Of a stretch of DNA of 64,000 nt, positions 27,667 through 37,891 are shown piece after piece. A model generated the notes under the pieces. The model saw only the letters and a list, made by a program, of their open reading frames with translations, had not been told where the DNA came from and ran no database searches. The position numbers and the translations under genes are program-made. Within the stretch, counting starts at the first letter, position 1; each line of letters opens with the position of its first letter. Origin of the DNA: a virus; the IMG/VR virus record IMGVR_UViG_3300025132_000021, positions 96,343-160,342 of that record; one strand, 5' to 3'.

Positions 27667-29289
27667 ATGTTTGGTAAGATTGTGGGTGCAGGACAAGCAG
27701 GATTCGTTTTTGAGAATCCCAAAAATCCCGATAGTTATTACAAAATTGTGGCTTTACCAGAACAACCTTTAGAAAAAATGCCTTTGCGTTCCACGAAAGC
27801 CCGATTAGGTGCTATCAATCAAAATCAAGCAGAACTTTTCTTTAGACTCTACCAAGAAGACTTGGACATCCCACAACTTCCAAAAGTTTTTGCTTTCTAC
27901 ACTGGGACAGTAACGCCGAAACTGCGCCGAAACTTATTGAACGCTGCTTCTGAAGATGAGGAACTTGAAAGTTTAGTTCGTGGTCTCAAAACTAATCAAA
28001 AAATTGCTGTGTGGGAAATGGAACGCATACCTTGTTTGAGCGAAAATGATTTCTGCGAGCGTTATCCTACTCGTCAGCCTCATAATAATCCAGATTATCA
28101 AAACTTATTGGATACTATGTTAGACCTTGGTTTTGTAGTTCGTGATGTTGCCAATCCTGAAAACTTTGGTTATCGTGAAAATGGAACACAAGTTTTCTAC
28201 GACCCTATTGTGGCTCCTTGGCCTGTGCAAGAGGTAACAAAAGTTTCAGACCCGAACCGTTATGCTCGTTTCGTAGCCAGTTTTGGTCCCGACCAGATTA
28301 GCACCACTCGTCGTGCGATTCAATCTGGAGATTATTTCGGTTGGTATCATAGTGGAGGAGTTATGGAGGCAGAAATGTCCCATGAACAGGATGCTGACAT
28401 AGTTAATGAATACCGATATGCAACATTTATTCTAATTGCTCGCACGCCAAGTGGTAATGATTACCAAGTTTCACCTTTAAGCGAACATAATTCGGCTTGG
28501 AGAACCGCTTTTGGCAAGAAACCACACGGCGTAGAAGAATTAGTTGAAGAAATTGCTTTCATATTTGATAATCTGGGGACAGCACCTAATCCCTATGCCA
28601 TTGATATTTTCCTTTTAGTTCCTGATGGAAGGCTGAAGTTAGCAGGTGTAATCAAATATGGTAAAGTAGAAGCCAGTTATCCTTACGAGAACCTTGCTAA
28701 ACTTTTGAATCGTCGTCTGGACTTTGAGCGTTCTGCTGAAACTTTGCAGGACAACTATTTCCCAGAAGGAACTATTTACAATCCTAATCAATCAGGAGCC
28801 ATAAACTGGATTAAACCTGCACCTTATTTAGACATCTGGGCTTCTTTTTATGGTGATATTGTAGAGTGGCTACAAGAAAATGTTTATGAAATGGATGATG
28901 ATGGCGATTCAGCCATAGAAATGTGGGAACGATTCTCACCTGACTTAAAACCACTTATGGAGTATGTTCAACAAAACGATTTAGACCCCGATGATATTTT
29001 ACCAGAAATCATGGAGGAATCTCCATTGAACAGACCTTATTCAACAGTTTCTAAACCCCAACTAATCAAATCCAGAAATGCAGGATTTTTGAACTTCATG
29101 CGTAGAGCCACTTTATCCGTTCCATGTGCTGAATGTTATGGTAAAGGATACATCAATCGCACAGCAGGAGAATACGATGAACACGAGTGGACAGAAGAGT
29201 GCGAAACTTGTAATGAAGAAGGAGAAGTAGATATTGATAACACTGATAATCGCTATTATAGACAGCATAAGGAGGACTACCCACTATGA
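27667..29289 (+). CDS. protein-kinase-like N-terminal domain in a mosaic protein; C-terminal CxxCxGxG zinc finger
   Basis: GAGQAGFVF, YYKIV, RDVANPENFG catalytic loop, FYDP; CAECYGKG...CETCNEEG. Confidence 0.6.
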   Translation: MFGKIVGAGQAGFVFENPKNPDSYYKIVALPEQPLEKMPLRSTKARLGAINQNQAELFFRLYQEDLDIPQLPKVFAFYTGTVTPKLRRNLLNAASEDEELESLVRGLKTNQKIAVWEMERIPCLSENDFCERYPTRQPHNNPDYQNLLDTMLDLGFVVRDVANPENFGYRENGTQVFYDPIVAPWPVQEVTKVSDPNRYARFVASFGPDQISTTRRAIQSGDYFGWYHSGGVMEAEMSHEQDADIVNEYRYATFILIARTPSGNDYQVSPLSEHNSAWRTAFGKKPHGVEELVEEIAFIFDNLGTAPNPYAIDIFLLVPDGRLKLAGVIKYGKVEASYPYENLAKLLNRRLDFERSAETLQDNYFPEGTIYNPNQSGAINWIKPAPYLDIWASFYGDIVEWLQENVYEMDDDGDSAIEMWERFSPDLKPLMEYVQQNDLDPDDILPEIMEESPLNRPYSTVSKPQLIKSRNAGFLNFMRRATLSVPCAECYGKGYINRTAGEYDEHEWTEECETCNEEGEVDIDNTDNRYYRQHKEDYPL

Positions 29290-30458
29290 AAACAATACCA
29301 AACTTTCCGTTTCCTGAACCCGACTTAGCACCCACTGGCAAAGCCCTTGATGTAGAGGCTCGTAAGCCTCGTCAAATGTTTAACCCTGCTAATGGTTCAG
29401 AATGGTGGTGTCTCAACAAATATGACGGTGTTCGTTCTTTATCAGGATATTGGGCTGTCAATGATTACTTAGCCCAGACCAGTCGCAAAGACAACATCCA
29501 AGATGGATATAACACTGAATACCCCCGTGAATGTCTACAAGAGGTTTATCGTTATCTTCGTGATGCAGGAGTCTGGAAACAAGTAGGCGAGGGCGTAGGG
29601 CCTGTTATTGATGGTGAGATGTATGATGACCGAGTAACTGCCGACCCTGACTATTTTGATACCTTAAGTGGTATGGTTCGTAAATCTTCAGGAACATCAC
29701 CGGGCTTTGAAGGTATTTACTATTTGATATTTGATTGCTATTGGCCTGATGACCCAGACTTAGTATATCAAGACCGCATGACTCGTTTAATTGCTGATAT
29801 GCAATATGCTTTGGGATTGTTAGAACCCACTTGGCCGAATCAAAGAAAAAATAAATTGCGTTTCTGTTCTATTCCCACTTCTGGTGAATCTTATTTTCTA
29901 TACAATGACCCTGCACTTGCACCTGCATACAGCACCACTCCCGATACCTTAGACCTTAGCACTCCGTCAGAATCTTTTGTTCCCAAAGACCACGCCGCTA
30001 TTAACATTTTGAATCCTGATTATTGGAAGATTTTAGGTATAGGAACTTCTTCTTATACGGATACTGCCGAGTTATTGGTTTATTATTTAGAATCTGCTGA
30101 AAGTTTAGGTTTAGAAGGAATTATGGTTCGTAGTAATCACAGAGGATATATCGGTGGACGAGCAGGAACAAATCTTTACAAGTTAAAATCTTTTGAAGAT
30201 GACGAGTTTGAAATTATTGGCTACAATGGAGTAATGTCTGAAGCAGGAATACTTTTGAATCGTCCAGTATGGAAATGTATTACTAAATCTGGAGAAGAGT
30301 TCTTAGCCAGCGCACCGGGAACTCATGCTTCACAAGAGCAACAATGGGAAGACCGAGACAAGATTGTTGGCAAGATGCTGACTGTCAAATATCAAAACCT
30401 TTCGGCCAGAGGTGTCCCAAGATTCCCCAAAGGTGTAGCCATTCGTGATTACGAGTAA
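29286..30458 (+). CDS. lig: ATP-dependent DNA ligase
   Basis: KYDGVR, IDGE, IFD, EGIMVR, KLK, OB-fold ending VKYQ..GVPRFP. Confidence 0.9.
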   Translation: MKTIPNFPFPEPDLAPTGKALDVEARKPRQMFNPANGSEWWCLNKYDGVRSLSGYWAVNDYLAQTSRKDNIQDGYNTEYPRECLQEVYRYLRDAGVWKQVGEGVGPVIDGEMYDDRVTADPDYFDTLSGMVRKSSGTSPGFEGIYYLIFDCYWPDDPDLVYQDRMTRLIADMQYALGLLEPTWPNQRKNKLRFCSIPTSGESYFLYNDPALAPAYSTTPDTLDLSTPSESFVPKDHAAINILNPDYWKILGIGTSSYTDTAELLVYYLESAESLGLEGIMVRSNHRGYIGGRAGTNLYKLKSFEDDEFEIIGYNGVMSEAGILLNRPVWKCITKSGEEFLASAPGTHASQEQQWEDRDKIVGKMLTVKYQNLSARGVPRFPKGVAIRDYE

Positions 30459-30495
30459 AATCCCAATTGGATATTTGAAAATATCGGGGTTTTTT
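30457..30495 (+). terminator. hairpin plus T-run between convergent genes
   Basis: AAAATCCC..GATATT-TGAA-AATATC-GGGGTTTTTT. Confidence 0.55.
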
Positions 30496-30522
30496 GAGCC
30501 TTGTCAAAATTGAAACTTATGC

Positions 30523-31068
30523 TTATTCCGATTCCCAAGCCATCTTAATAGCATCAAACACCGCATCCGAATCAGAGGCCATAATGTTTAACCAAATATA
30601 GTCCTCTGGAATCTGCGAAACTTCAGTTTCACTTGGGTCTCCTCGGTTATCCCAATGAACTTCCCAATCTGGATAAGTTCTTTCCAAACGCTCACGCTGT
30701 AAATCTTCTTCAATATGAAGTCTCACGATTCGCCAGCCCTGTGCTGATAACTTTTCTGCTTCATTGATAAATCTCACATCATCTACAATTGCTACATCAT
30801 ATTTATCTGCTGCAAAATCTTCGTCAATGGTGCGATTCATATAATCAATCCAAACATCAGGTCGGATTTCTCGCATCTTCATTCCAATTTGCTGTAAAAG
30901 TTTTCTATCCTTTTCTACCATTCCAAAAAGATTACTACCAATTTCTTTAACTTTGGTTGCTAATGAATGACGCTCTACTCGGTAGTCCAGTGAAATTAAC
31001 TCCTCTTGCATTTTGTTTGCTAATGTGGATTTACCACTTGCCATCTGCCCTGCAATCGCAATCTTCAT
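30523..31068 (-). CDS. deoxynucleotide monophosphate kinase-like P-loop protein
   Basis: GQMASGKS, RKLLQQIG, DDVRFINE, SET. Confidence 0.8.
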   Translation of the reverse strand: MKIAIAGQMASGKSTLANKMQEELISLDYRVERHSLATKVKEIGSNLFGMVEKDRKLLQQIGMKMREIRPDVWIDYMNRTIDEDFAADKYDVAIVDDVRFINEAEKLSAQGWRIVRLHIEEDLQRERLERTYPDWEVHWDNRGDPSETEVSQIPEDYIWLNIMASDSDAVFDAIKMAWESE

Positions 31069-31593
31069 TTACTCACCCCACATCTTAATTTCTGTATCGC
31101 CTTCATATCCACGCTTCATGTGAATTGCTGCCGCAGGGAATCCAAATGGGAATCCACAACGACTGGCTCCAATAATGTGCATTGAGACAAAACCACCATA
31201 GTCTAAAACTTTGTTGATACGACGCAAACTTGAAACCACTTTTGCCAGAGGCACTAAGAAACAAACATTATCTGCAATTTTAAGTGAATGAGTCAAAAAC
31301 TCTTCAAAGATACTATATGGCGGGTTGCTAATAATCCAATCTACTGAATCAGTGTAAGCGAAAAAGTCTCGCCCTTCGCTAATCTCGCACCAATCTTTTT
31401 CACAATCAGCAGGATAGTTATTGTAAAACACTCCTTCTCCCGAACAAGGGTCTAAAACCTTTGCACCTTTAGGAATATCATAAAGAGCAATCATTTCTTT
31501 AGCAATCGGTTCTGGTGTCAAAATAACATCATTCGGCTTCAAGGCAGGATTGGTCTTGAAAGTTCCGCTTCCAAAAGATTCATGCACACTCAT
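31069..31593 (-). CDS. small DNA amino-methyltransferase (m6A/m4C)
   Basis: TP, LDPCSGEG (motif I), ISNPPY (motif IV). Confidence 0.85.
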   Translation of the reverse strand: MSVHESFGSGTFKTNPALKPNDVILTPEPIAKEMIALYDIPKGAKVLDPCSGEGVFYNNYPADCEKDWCEISEGRDFFAYTDSVDWIISNPPYSIFEEFLTHSLKIADNVCFLVPLAKVVSSLRRINKVLDYGGFVSMHIIGASRCGFPFGFPAAAIHMKRGYEGDTEIKMWGE

Positions 31594-31715
31594 TCTTTCA
31601 CCTCATCAAGTTTATACGGCGGGTCGCAGAAAAAACATTCTCCTTTTTTTGTCAAACTCGGTGATGGATAACGCTCTCCACAAGTGATACAAGGTTTCCA
31701 TTCAATTCCTGTCAT
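31590..31715 (-). CDS. small Zn-finger protein (CITC..CFFC), not in ORF track
   Basis: 41-aa ORF overlapping both neighbours by stop/start. Confidence 0.5.
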   Translation of the reverse strand: MTGIEWKPCITCGERYPSPSLTKKGECFFCDPPYKLDEVKE

Positions 31716-31945
31716 CAAAACCACCCAAGCAACTTACCCAGTGCTAAGGCACTGAATACCGCCGCCATCAAGGAGGTCATGGTTCGCATTAGTTCCATTT
31801 TGTGATTATGACGGTCAAGCCAAGATTCAATTTTTCCTCTTTGAGAATTACCTCCCAAGAAGTTCTTTCCATTCCGTGTTTCCCAATCTGTGATTTTTTC
31901 ACTCCATTGGTCAAGCCAAGCATCCATTTCAGGTGAGCGTGTCAT
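31715..31945 (-). CDS. small membrane protein
   Basis: C-terminal TM helix. Confidence 0.6.
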   Translation of the reverse strand: MTRSPEMDAWLDQWSEKITDWETRNGKNFLGGNSQRGKIESWLDRHNHKMELMRTMTSLMAAVFSALALGKLLGWF

Positions 31946-31963
31946 ACTCTTACCTATGGTATA

Positions 31964-34204
31964 TCACCCTATTAAACTTTGTTGAATACCATTGGCTGTC
32001 AAACCTTCGTTGGCTTCTATGGACTCACATAAATGAGTTGGCAAGAAGTTTTTCAAGGCTCGTCCATCAATGCCCTTGCTATATTGAAACCAAAAGGTTG
32101 GGTCAATAATGTAGGTATTAGCAGTATCGGTTCGGCTACGAACTGCACGACCACACATTTGAGCCAAAGCAATTCCTGTTTGTTGATTATACCATGCAGG
32201 ATTAGCCTTCATTTTCTTAGCAGTTCGCACATCTCCCAAACTAAGGTGAGGAAGTTTGACTACAATACAAAAGGCTGCATCTTTTCCATCAAAACCTTGA
32301 TTTAGATAAGTAGACATTATCACACCGCCCTTAGAACTTTTCCATTCTTCAATAGCAGCGTCCCGACCATGTGCAGACTTGTCGTGCTGAATCAATCTTT
32401 GCGCTTGTGTTCTGTCTAATTCATGGATAAGTTCACTAAGTTGTTTTTCAATTCGGTCAGTGTAGGGCAAGATTATTCCTTGTTGATTAGGATGTTGCTT
32501 CATAATATCTAAGATAGTCTCTGCGGTTTGTTTCCAATCTTTGTCGCCTTGGCCTTTGCGTGTTAGCAATCCACCCGTTTCACGGGTATAAATGGGCCGA
32601 TTCTTCAATGGGAAACTACTATAACCAATTCTAATAAAAGCAGTTTCCTCAATTTTCAAACCCAGTTCATCACAAAACATTTTAGGGTCGCCAATAGTAG
32701 CACTCAAAAAGATTCTCCTCTTGCCTGCGTGCAACAACAAACTTTCTGCAAACTCTTTAATCTCAATACATTTGAAATTAACAAAAGTTTTCTCATCACT
32801 CATTTGCCAAATCCAGTTAGAAGTATCGTGAGTCAATCCTGCCACAATTGTTTCCAATCTTTGAGTAGTCCTCATGGCTAACTTTAGGTCTTTGGTATCC
32901 TCGTAGCGATTATGTTTAAGGTTCATTTGTATTTCTTTGTCTAAATCAGTAAGATAAGCAATCCATACCGCAGCCGCCTTATTCAAAATATCTTCGGACA
33001 TTCTCATATCTACGCTGGGAATCCTTGGGAATCCCATATTACCTGTTCTGGGTCTCCACGGACTTAACCTTTCTTTACGAAGTTCGTGAGCCTTAACTTG
33101 GTCTGAACCAGATAATTCTAAAATCTCTGTCAAACTTTTAATCTGAAGTAGTCTTTCTAACATTCTTTCACTTAAGTCCAAACTAAATGCACTTACCATT
33201 ACATCTGGTAGATTATGGGCTTCGTCTACAATCAAAAACTCTCTTTGTGGCAACATCGGGGTCATTCCAATTGCCGTAGCGTAAGCCATATTTGCTACGA
33301 AATACTCTGCGTTTTGAGCCTTCGTCAATGAACCGTAGTAATCACACAAAGTATCTACGGGAACATCCCAACGGATTCCTCGTTCCGAATCTTTTGGATT
33401 CTTGAATGGACATTGAAAATCTTTGATAGTTACGCAAGGTGCAGTATCGGCTGTGCAACTATGACCGCCTTTAATTCCTGCTCTTGCTCGTTGAACTGCT
33501 GCTTCTGCCACTTCTGCATCACGACATCCTGCTTCAACATCTAAACGACACGAATAATTTCCACGACCCATAATACTTTCCATGAAGGGCATTTCACTAA
33601 GGTATTGACTCTGCAAACCTTTCAAATGAGTTAGCACATAGGAACTTTTCTTCTGACTACCAAACATCTTAGGTAAGACCATACTGAAAGCAGACTTTCC
33701 ACTTCCAGTGGGACTTTCAATGATTATGTTTTTGTATCCTTGTCTCAAAAGTTTTGCTACCGACGGAATAACTTGCTGTTGCTCTGGTCGTGCATCTTCA
33801 AACAAAGTTCCATCAACCCATTGTTGATAGTTAGTAAAATCAACCTCTGATTCAGCAGTTAAATGTAATTCCACATAACCCGGTGCTTGTTCGGCTTCTT
33901 TAGGTGGTAGTAAAGTTTCCTTACCTACTTTACCAAGTTCTGATTGCTTCGTAGACTTGAAAGTTTCTAACTTAAATGTGTCAAGGTCGTCCTCCTCTAC
34001 CGCACTTCGTTCAAATCTGATACCATCTACTCTAATGTCTAACTTGAACTTATCACAAAACTTTACTAAGTTCTTGATGCGACGCTCATTAAGAGCCATA
34101 TCTCCTGCGTAGCAATAGTTATTTCCATCCCAACGCAAGTCATAAGTATTTCTTAAGACATCACGAAATCTACGAGTAGAACCTCTAACTTCAACTAAGA
34201 CCAT
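31964..34204 (-). CDS. XPD/DinG-family SF2 helicase
   Basis: SPTGSGKS, GRGNYSC plus further Cys (FeS region), VDEAH, SAT, QMCGRAVRS; TTTATGTA at 34234 gives start 34204. Confidence 0.9.
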   Translation of the reverse strand: MVLVEVRGSTRRFRDVLRNTYDLRWDGNNYCYAGDMALNERRIKNLVKFCDKFKLDIRVDGIRFERSAVEEDDLDTFKLETFKSTKQSELGKVGKETLLPPKEAEQAPGYVELHLTAESEVDFTNYQQWVDGTLFEDARPEQQQVIPSVAKLLRQGYKNIIIESPTGSGKSAFSMVLPKMFGSQKKSSYVLTHLKGLQSQYLSEMPFMESIMGRGNYSCRLDVEAGCRDAEVAEAAVQRARAGIKGGHSCTADTAPCVTIKDFQCPFKNPKDSERGIRWDVPVDTLCDYYGSLTKAQNAEYFVANMAYATAIGMTPMLPQREFLIVDEAHNLPDVMVSAFSLDLSERMLERLLQIKSLTEILELSGSDQVKAHELRKERLSPWRPRTGNMGFPRIPSVDMRMSEDILNKAAAVWIAYLTDLDKEIQMNLKHNRYEDTKDLKLAMRTTQRLETIVAGLTHDTSNWIWQMSDEKTFVNFKCIEIKEFAESLLLHAGKRRIFLSATIGDPKMFCDELGLKIEETAFIRIGYSSFPLKNRPIYTRETGGLLTRKGQGDKDWKQTAETILDIMKQHPNQQGIILPYTDRIEKQLSELIHELDRTQAQRLIQHDKSAHGRDAAIEEWKSSKGGVIMSTYLNQGFDGKDAAFCIVVKLPHLSLGDVRTAKKMKANPAWYNQQTGIALAQMCGRAVRSRTDTANTYIIDPTFWFQYSKGIDGRALKNFLPTHLCESIEANEGLTANGIQQSLIG

Positions 34205-34265
34205 GTTATAACTAAGGCGAAGCACCTACATAAACATTAAGTATCAGCGCAACCCAGAATCTATT

Positions 34266-34355
34266 ATGAACACTCCAAAAGTCTTGAATTGGATTAGGTT
34301 TCCTTATGATTACCACGAAATGCAGTTTTTCACATTCGCAGAATTGTTTGGTTAA
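34266..34355 (+). CDS. 29-aa micropeptide MNTPKVLNWIRFPYDYHEMQFFTFAELFG (LNW motif)
   Basis: ATTAAGTA at 34236 exactly -30; KVLNWxxFP matches the end of 50815..51339. Confidence 0.6.
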   Translation: MNTPKVLNWIRFPYDYHEMQFFTFAELFG

Positions 34356-34387
34356 ACTTTAAGTATCAAGTCCTCGTATGAAATACC

Positions 34388-35134
34388 ATGCTAATCATGG
34401 GTTATGCTAACATTCCCAGAGAAGATAAAGTTTCAGACGGCGGTGATGACGCATGGTTTGTCACTAATTCTATTGTTAATGCGATGGGTGTTGCTGATGG
34501 CGTAGGTTCTTGGAGAAGAATGGGTATCAATGCAGGCAATTGCGCTCGGTGTGTAATGCGAGTTGCTAAAGATTATTTTATTAACGGTAGAGAAGTTGTT
34601 TCAGAAAGTTTAGAAGAAGCCAATAGTTCTTGCAGAGAACAAGGGTCCACCACAGCCTTAGTAGCCTACTTAGATGATGCCCAATTACTAAACATTAGTC
34701 AAATCGGAGATTCCAATTTAATTATTATTCGTGATGGTGAAGTAAAGTTTCAAACATCTTCTGGAACTCACTCCCGAAATGTTCCGTTTTCTATGGGTCT
34801 CGGTTCTAAAGATAAGTTTAACAAAGTTTTAACTGATTACACATTTTATTGTAAAACTGGAGACATTATTATCATGGGAACTGATGGTCTTTGGGATAAT
34901 CTTTATCCAGTCCAAGTCATAGATATTCTCAAGGCTACTAATCTTAAAAGTCCCACTCGTATGGCTAAAGTTTTATGCAATATCGCTTACAACATGAGTG
35001 AGGACGAAGAAATCTGGAGTCCCTTTGCTCAAGATGCTTATGAAGCAGGAGATATTTATGATACTTTAGATTTGTCAATTTGGGAAGGTGGTAAGCCTGA
35101 TGATATTACTATCGTTGTGGCTATCGTTGAATAA
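34388..35134 (+). CDS. PP2C-family (PTC7-like) protein phosphatase
   Basis: GDDA, GVADGVGSW, GSTT, IGDS, TDGLWDN, GGKPDDIT; TTTAAGTA at 34358 (-30). Confidence 0.9.
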   Translation: MLIMGYANIPREDKVSDGGDDAWFVTNSIVNAMGVADGVGSWRRMGINAGNCARCVMRVAKDYFINGREVVSESLEEANSSCREQGSTTALVAYLDDAQLLNISQIGDSNLIIIRDGEVKFQTSSGTHSRNVPFSMGLGSKDKFNKVLTDYTFYCKTGDIIIMGTDGLWDNLYPVQVIDILKATNLKSPTRMAKVLCNIAYNMSEDEEIWSPFAQDAYEAGDIYDTLDLSIWEGGKPDDITIVVAIVE

Positions 35135-35239
35135 GTTTTTCCACTTCTGCTCTCAAATTATTGTAGGCCGTCGTCGCAAACCAAGTAAAAAAACCAGCCC
35201 AACAACTCAAACTAAAGCAAAGTAAAATCCAGAACTCAT

Positions 35240-35455
35240 TCATTCTTCACTCAACTCATAAGAAACGCCGTAGAGAAAATCTTTCTCATACTCGGTGCTT
35301 ACAGATTTATCCTGTATCAACGGTTTAACTTCTTTTAGCAAATCATTAGTAAGTTGATATTGCAGTTCAAACATAGCATTAAAATGTTGATACAACAACA
35401 TAGCCGTAATAACCATTAACAGCACACAAGCCACAAAGGTAGGAACATCAATCAT
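35240..35455 (-). CDS. small membrane protein
   Basis: N-terminal TM. Confidence 0.55.
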   Translation of the reverse strand: MIDVPTFVACVLLMVITAMLLYQHFNAMFELQYQLTNDLLKEVKPLIQDKSVSTEYEKDFLYGVSYELSEE

Positions 35456-35461
35456 CAGGAA

Positions 35462-36550
35462 TCAACTCCCAAAGCCAACGATACCCAATTGTCCCAATGC
35501 TGCTTCAGGAGTCAGCAACCCCGCCTCAACCTTTTCAGTTAAGACACCATAGGGCAAACAATGATTTTTCCAATCGCAATATCGGCACTGCCAATCACCA
35601 ATTTGAGCCAAAGGTTTCTTTTCCCAAGTGTTTGCACCAGTTTTACTGATGTCGCCAGAAGCCATCTTCTTTTCAAAAGTTTCTTCATCAAATCTGATTT
35701 GGTAATCTCGGTCAGGTGGATTTTCTACATCTTTTAAGTAATCTTGCATCATGTAATACCTGTCCATAATGTTATCCATAGTGAGTCCACCAACACGATT
35801 AAGAGTAATACCTGCCTCTAATGAAGCCAAAGCATCAGGTTCAATACGGTTGCCGTTGCGGTCTTTAATGATAACCTCTCCACCGTAGCCATCACTAAGG
35901 CTGATGTCAAAGTAAGTTGTCAAACCATCATCTACTTGACAATAAACAATACGGAATGAATCAATTTCCACACCATAGTATTCTTCTAATTTCCAGCGCA
36001 TTCGCAAATACAATGCGGTTTGCATTACATGGTCCATCTTAGGGTGTCCCATAGGATACCTCTTGTTGCCGATACCATAAACTTCTTTCTTAGAAAAGAA
36101 ACCACGGTTGGTCTTCATTTCCATACCGATAGCCTTAGTAGTAGAAATATCTGTAATCTCTCCTTCTTCATTCATTTCAAAATCACGAAGAAGTCCGTCT
36201 ACTTCACCAGAAATAATAAGTTCACCACGAGGGTCTCCATTTGAAATATCTTCACGGATAGGGATGTTGCCTTCAATCAGCACACCCATACGATTCCAAT
36301 GTGTCTGAAAGTTCTCTTCCATAGCATGACCTACGGCAAACTTGATGAAAGTTTGGTCATCAGGTCTGTTGGTTCGTGGCACGCCTGTTTTGCTATACCA
36401 AACTGCTCTATGGCACTTACCAATCAACTTTTCGTTGCCCACTTCGTCTGTAATTATGCAAGATGCACCTGTTGGGTTAAGTCCACCCTTACTGTATCTT
36501 ACATTTCCTTTTCTCATGCTGTTAAACACTGGTTTCAATATGTCTGTCAT
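35462..36550 (-). CDS. Cas4/RecB-like PD-(D/E)XK nuclease
   Basis: N-terminal CHR, GH, GEVD, EMKT, QxxLY, C-terminal CRYC....C. Confidence 0.8.
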   Translation of the reverse strand: MTDILKPVFNSMRKGNVRYSKGGLNPTGASCIITDEVGNEKLIGKCHRAVWYSKTGVPRTNRPDDQTFIKFAVGHAMEENFQTHWNRMGVLIEGNIPIREDISNGDPRGELIISGEVDGLLRDFEMNEEGEITDISTTKAIGMEMKTNRGFFSKKEVYGIGNKRYPMGHPKMDHVMQTALYLRMRWKLEEYYGVEIDSFRIVYCQVDDGLTTYFDISLSDGYGGEVIIKDRNGNRIEPDALASLEAGITLNRVGGLTMDNIMDRYYMMQDYLKDVENPPDRDYQIRFDEETFEKKMASGDISKTGANTWEKKPLAQIGDWQCRYCDWKNHCLPYGVLTEKVEAGLLTPEAALGQLGIVGFGS

Positions 36551-36627
36551 CGTCTATCACCTTTTCAATCAACAGGCTGGTGCGCCTATCTCTTAATTAT
36601 CCCTAATGTGTAGGACTCATATAAAGG

Positions 36628-36792
36628 TTATGCACTACGACCCGCACGCTTGAACTCATCTTTGAGGCAAACACCGACAACAATTCTTGCACCTGAAGCA
36701 TCTTCAATAGTAACTTTCAAATGTTTTTTCTTTTCACCATAGTCTTCAAAGACTAACCATTTGCCTTCTCCGAGTTCTAATCTAACTTGCAT
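36628..36792 (-). CDS. small hypothetical protein (MQVRLELGEGKW...), not in ORF track
   Basis: 54-aa ORF with GGTGA SD. Confidence 0.55.
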   Translation of the reverse strand: MQVRLELGEGKWLVFEDYGEKKKHLKVTIEDASGARIVVGVCLKDEFKRAGRSA

Positions 36793-36803
36793 TTAATCAC
36801 CAA

Positions 36804-37292
36804 TCAGAAAAGTTCTTCATCTTCTGGGTTAGACTCTGCATCTGGCTCGGACTCTCCTGTGCCTTGATTAGCAAACATGAAATCCATACGAGGCATCATA
36901 CTCAATGTCCCATCTTTTACAAAGCGAACTAAGTTTTCACCGATAATGGCTTCAGTAGATTCTGCTACATCTGCCAATTTATTCCAATCGCCAAACCATG
37001 CGACATCGTGGCGTGTAATTGGAGTATCTTGATACATCATCACCATTTTCTTATGTTTCAACCCATGACTTTCAGCCACAGCACGGAAAAAGAAATCAGT
37101 TTGAGTATTGTCGGCAGATTCATTAGGGTCTGCAAACATAAAGACCATTACGAAACCATCAGGAATAGTTTCATTTTCTTCTAATTGTTTCATTACATCT
37201 CGCAAATCGTGAGATTCTGGTTGATGCTCGCAACTATCCGTAGCGCAGCAATCGTGTTCTTCTTCTTTTTCATTATCTTTACTAATACTCAT
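36804..37292 (-). CDS. hypothetical acidic protein
   Basis: ORF track; ATGA overlap. Confidence 0.65.
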   Translation of the reverse strand: MSISKDNEKEEEHDCCATDSCEHQPESHDLRDVMKQLEENETIPDGFVMVFMFADPNESADNTQTDFFFRAVAESHGLKHKKMVMMYQDTPITRHDVAWFGDWNKLADVAESTEAIIGENLVRFVKDGTLSMMPRMDFMFANQGTGESEPDAESNPEDEELF

Positions 37293-37870
37293 TGTCTTTC
37301 ACCTAACATTTGTTCAATCTGGTCATCAGGAACGCCCTTGCTCTTAAGATAAGTAGCAAAGTCAAACCCTTCCCAGTTTTTAATCACATCTAACATCGTT
37401 TGAAAATCTCCAAACAATTGTTCAGTCGGAACTTTTTGATTCTTCTGCACCACTTCTTTTTGACCCGGAATCTTATAATGACTTACATTGACAAAGTATT
37501 TCTTATCAATCATAGAAGAAACTACTGCACGAGCCAAGTCTGCATTCTTTTGTGAATCCAGATTAACACGAACCTTTTCTTGAGAGTGTGGTAAAAGTTC
37601 TGCTTGATGTTGAACAATAGCATTCAGAAATAAGTCTGGGTTGCTATCCAACCAACCTTTAATTTCTCCATCAGTAGTTCCACGCTGCTTCAAAAACTCT
37701 GTAAAGTTTCCTGCTGTGCTAACCACGAAACGCAAAGGATTATCTAAAATGTTAAACATGACGAAATAAACATCATCTCGGTCAGCCGTGTTTCGCATCA
37801 CGACTTCAGAAGTTACGACAACTTCCATATCATTGTTCAAGCCAAGTTGAACCTTGTTAATCTTGTCCAT
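37289..37870 (-). CDS. hypothetical protein
   Basis: TTTAAGTA at 37900 gives start 37870. Confidence 0.7.
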   Translation of the reverse strand: MDKINKVQLGLNNDMEVVVTSEVVMRNTADRDDVYFVMFNILDNPLRFVVSTAGNFTEFLKQRGTTDGEIKGWLDSNPDLFLNAIVQHQAELLPHSQEKVRVNLDSQKNADLARAVVSSMIDKKYFVNVSHYKIPGQKEVVQKNQKVPTEQLFGDFQTMLDVIKNWEGFDFATYLKSKGVPDDQIEQMLGERQ

Positions 37871-37891
37871 ACTGTTATTATGCCCCATGAC

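Noticed and set aside
35462-36550. CRISPR-Cas locus around the Cas4-like gene
   Set aside because: No repeat-spacer array or other cas genes seen; solo Cas4-like nucleases are common in archaeal viruses
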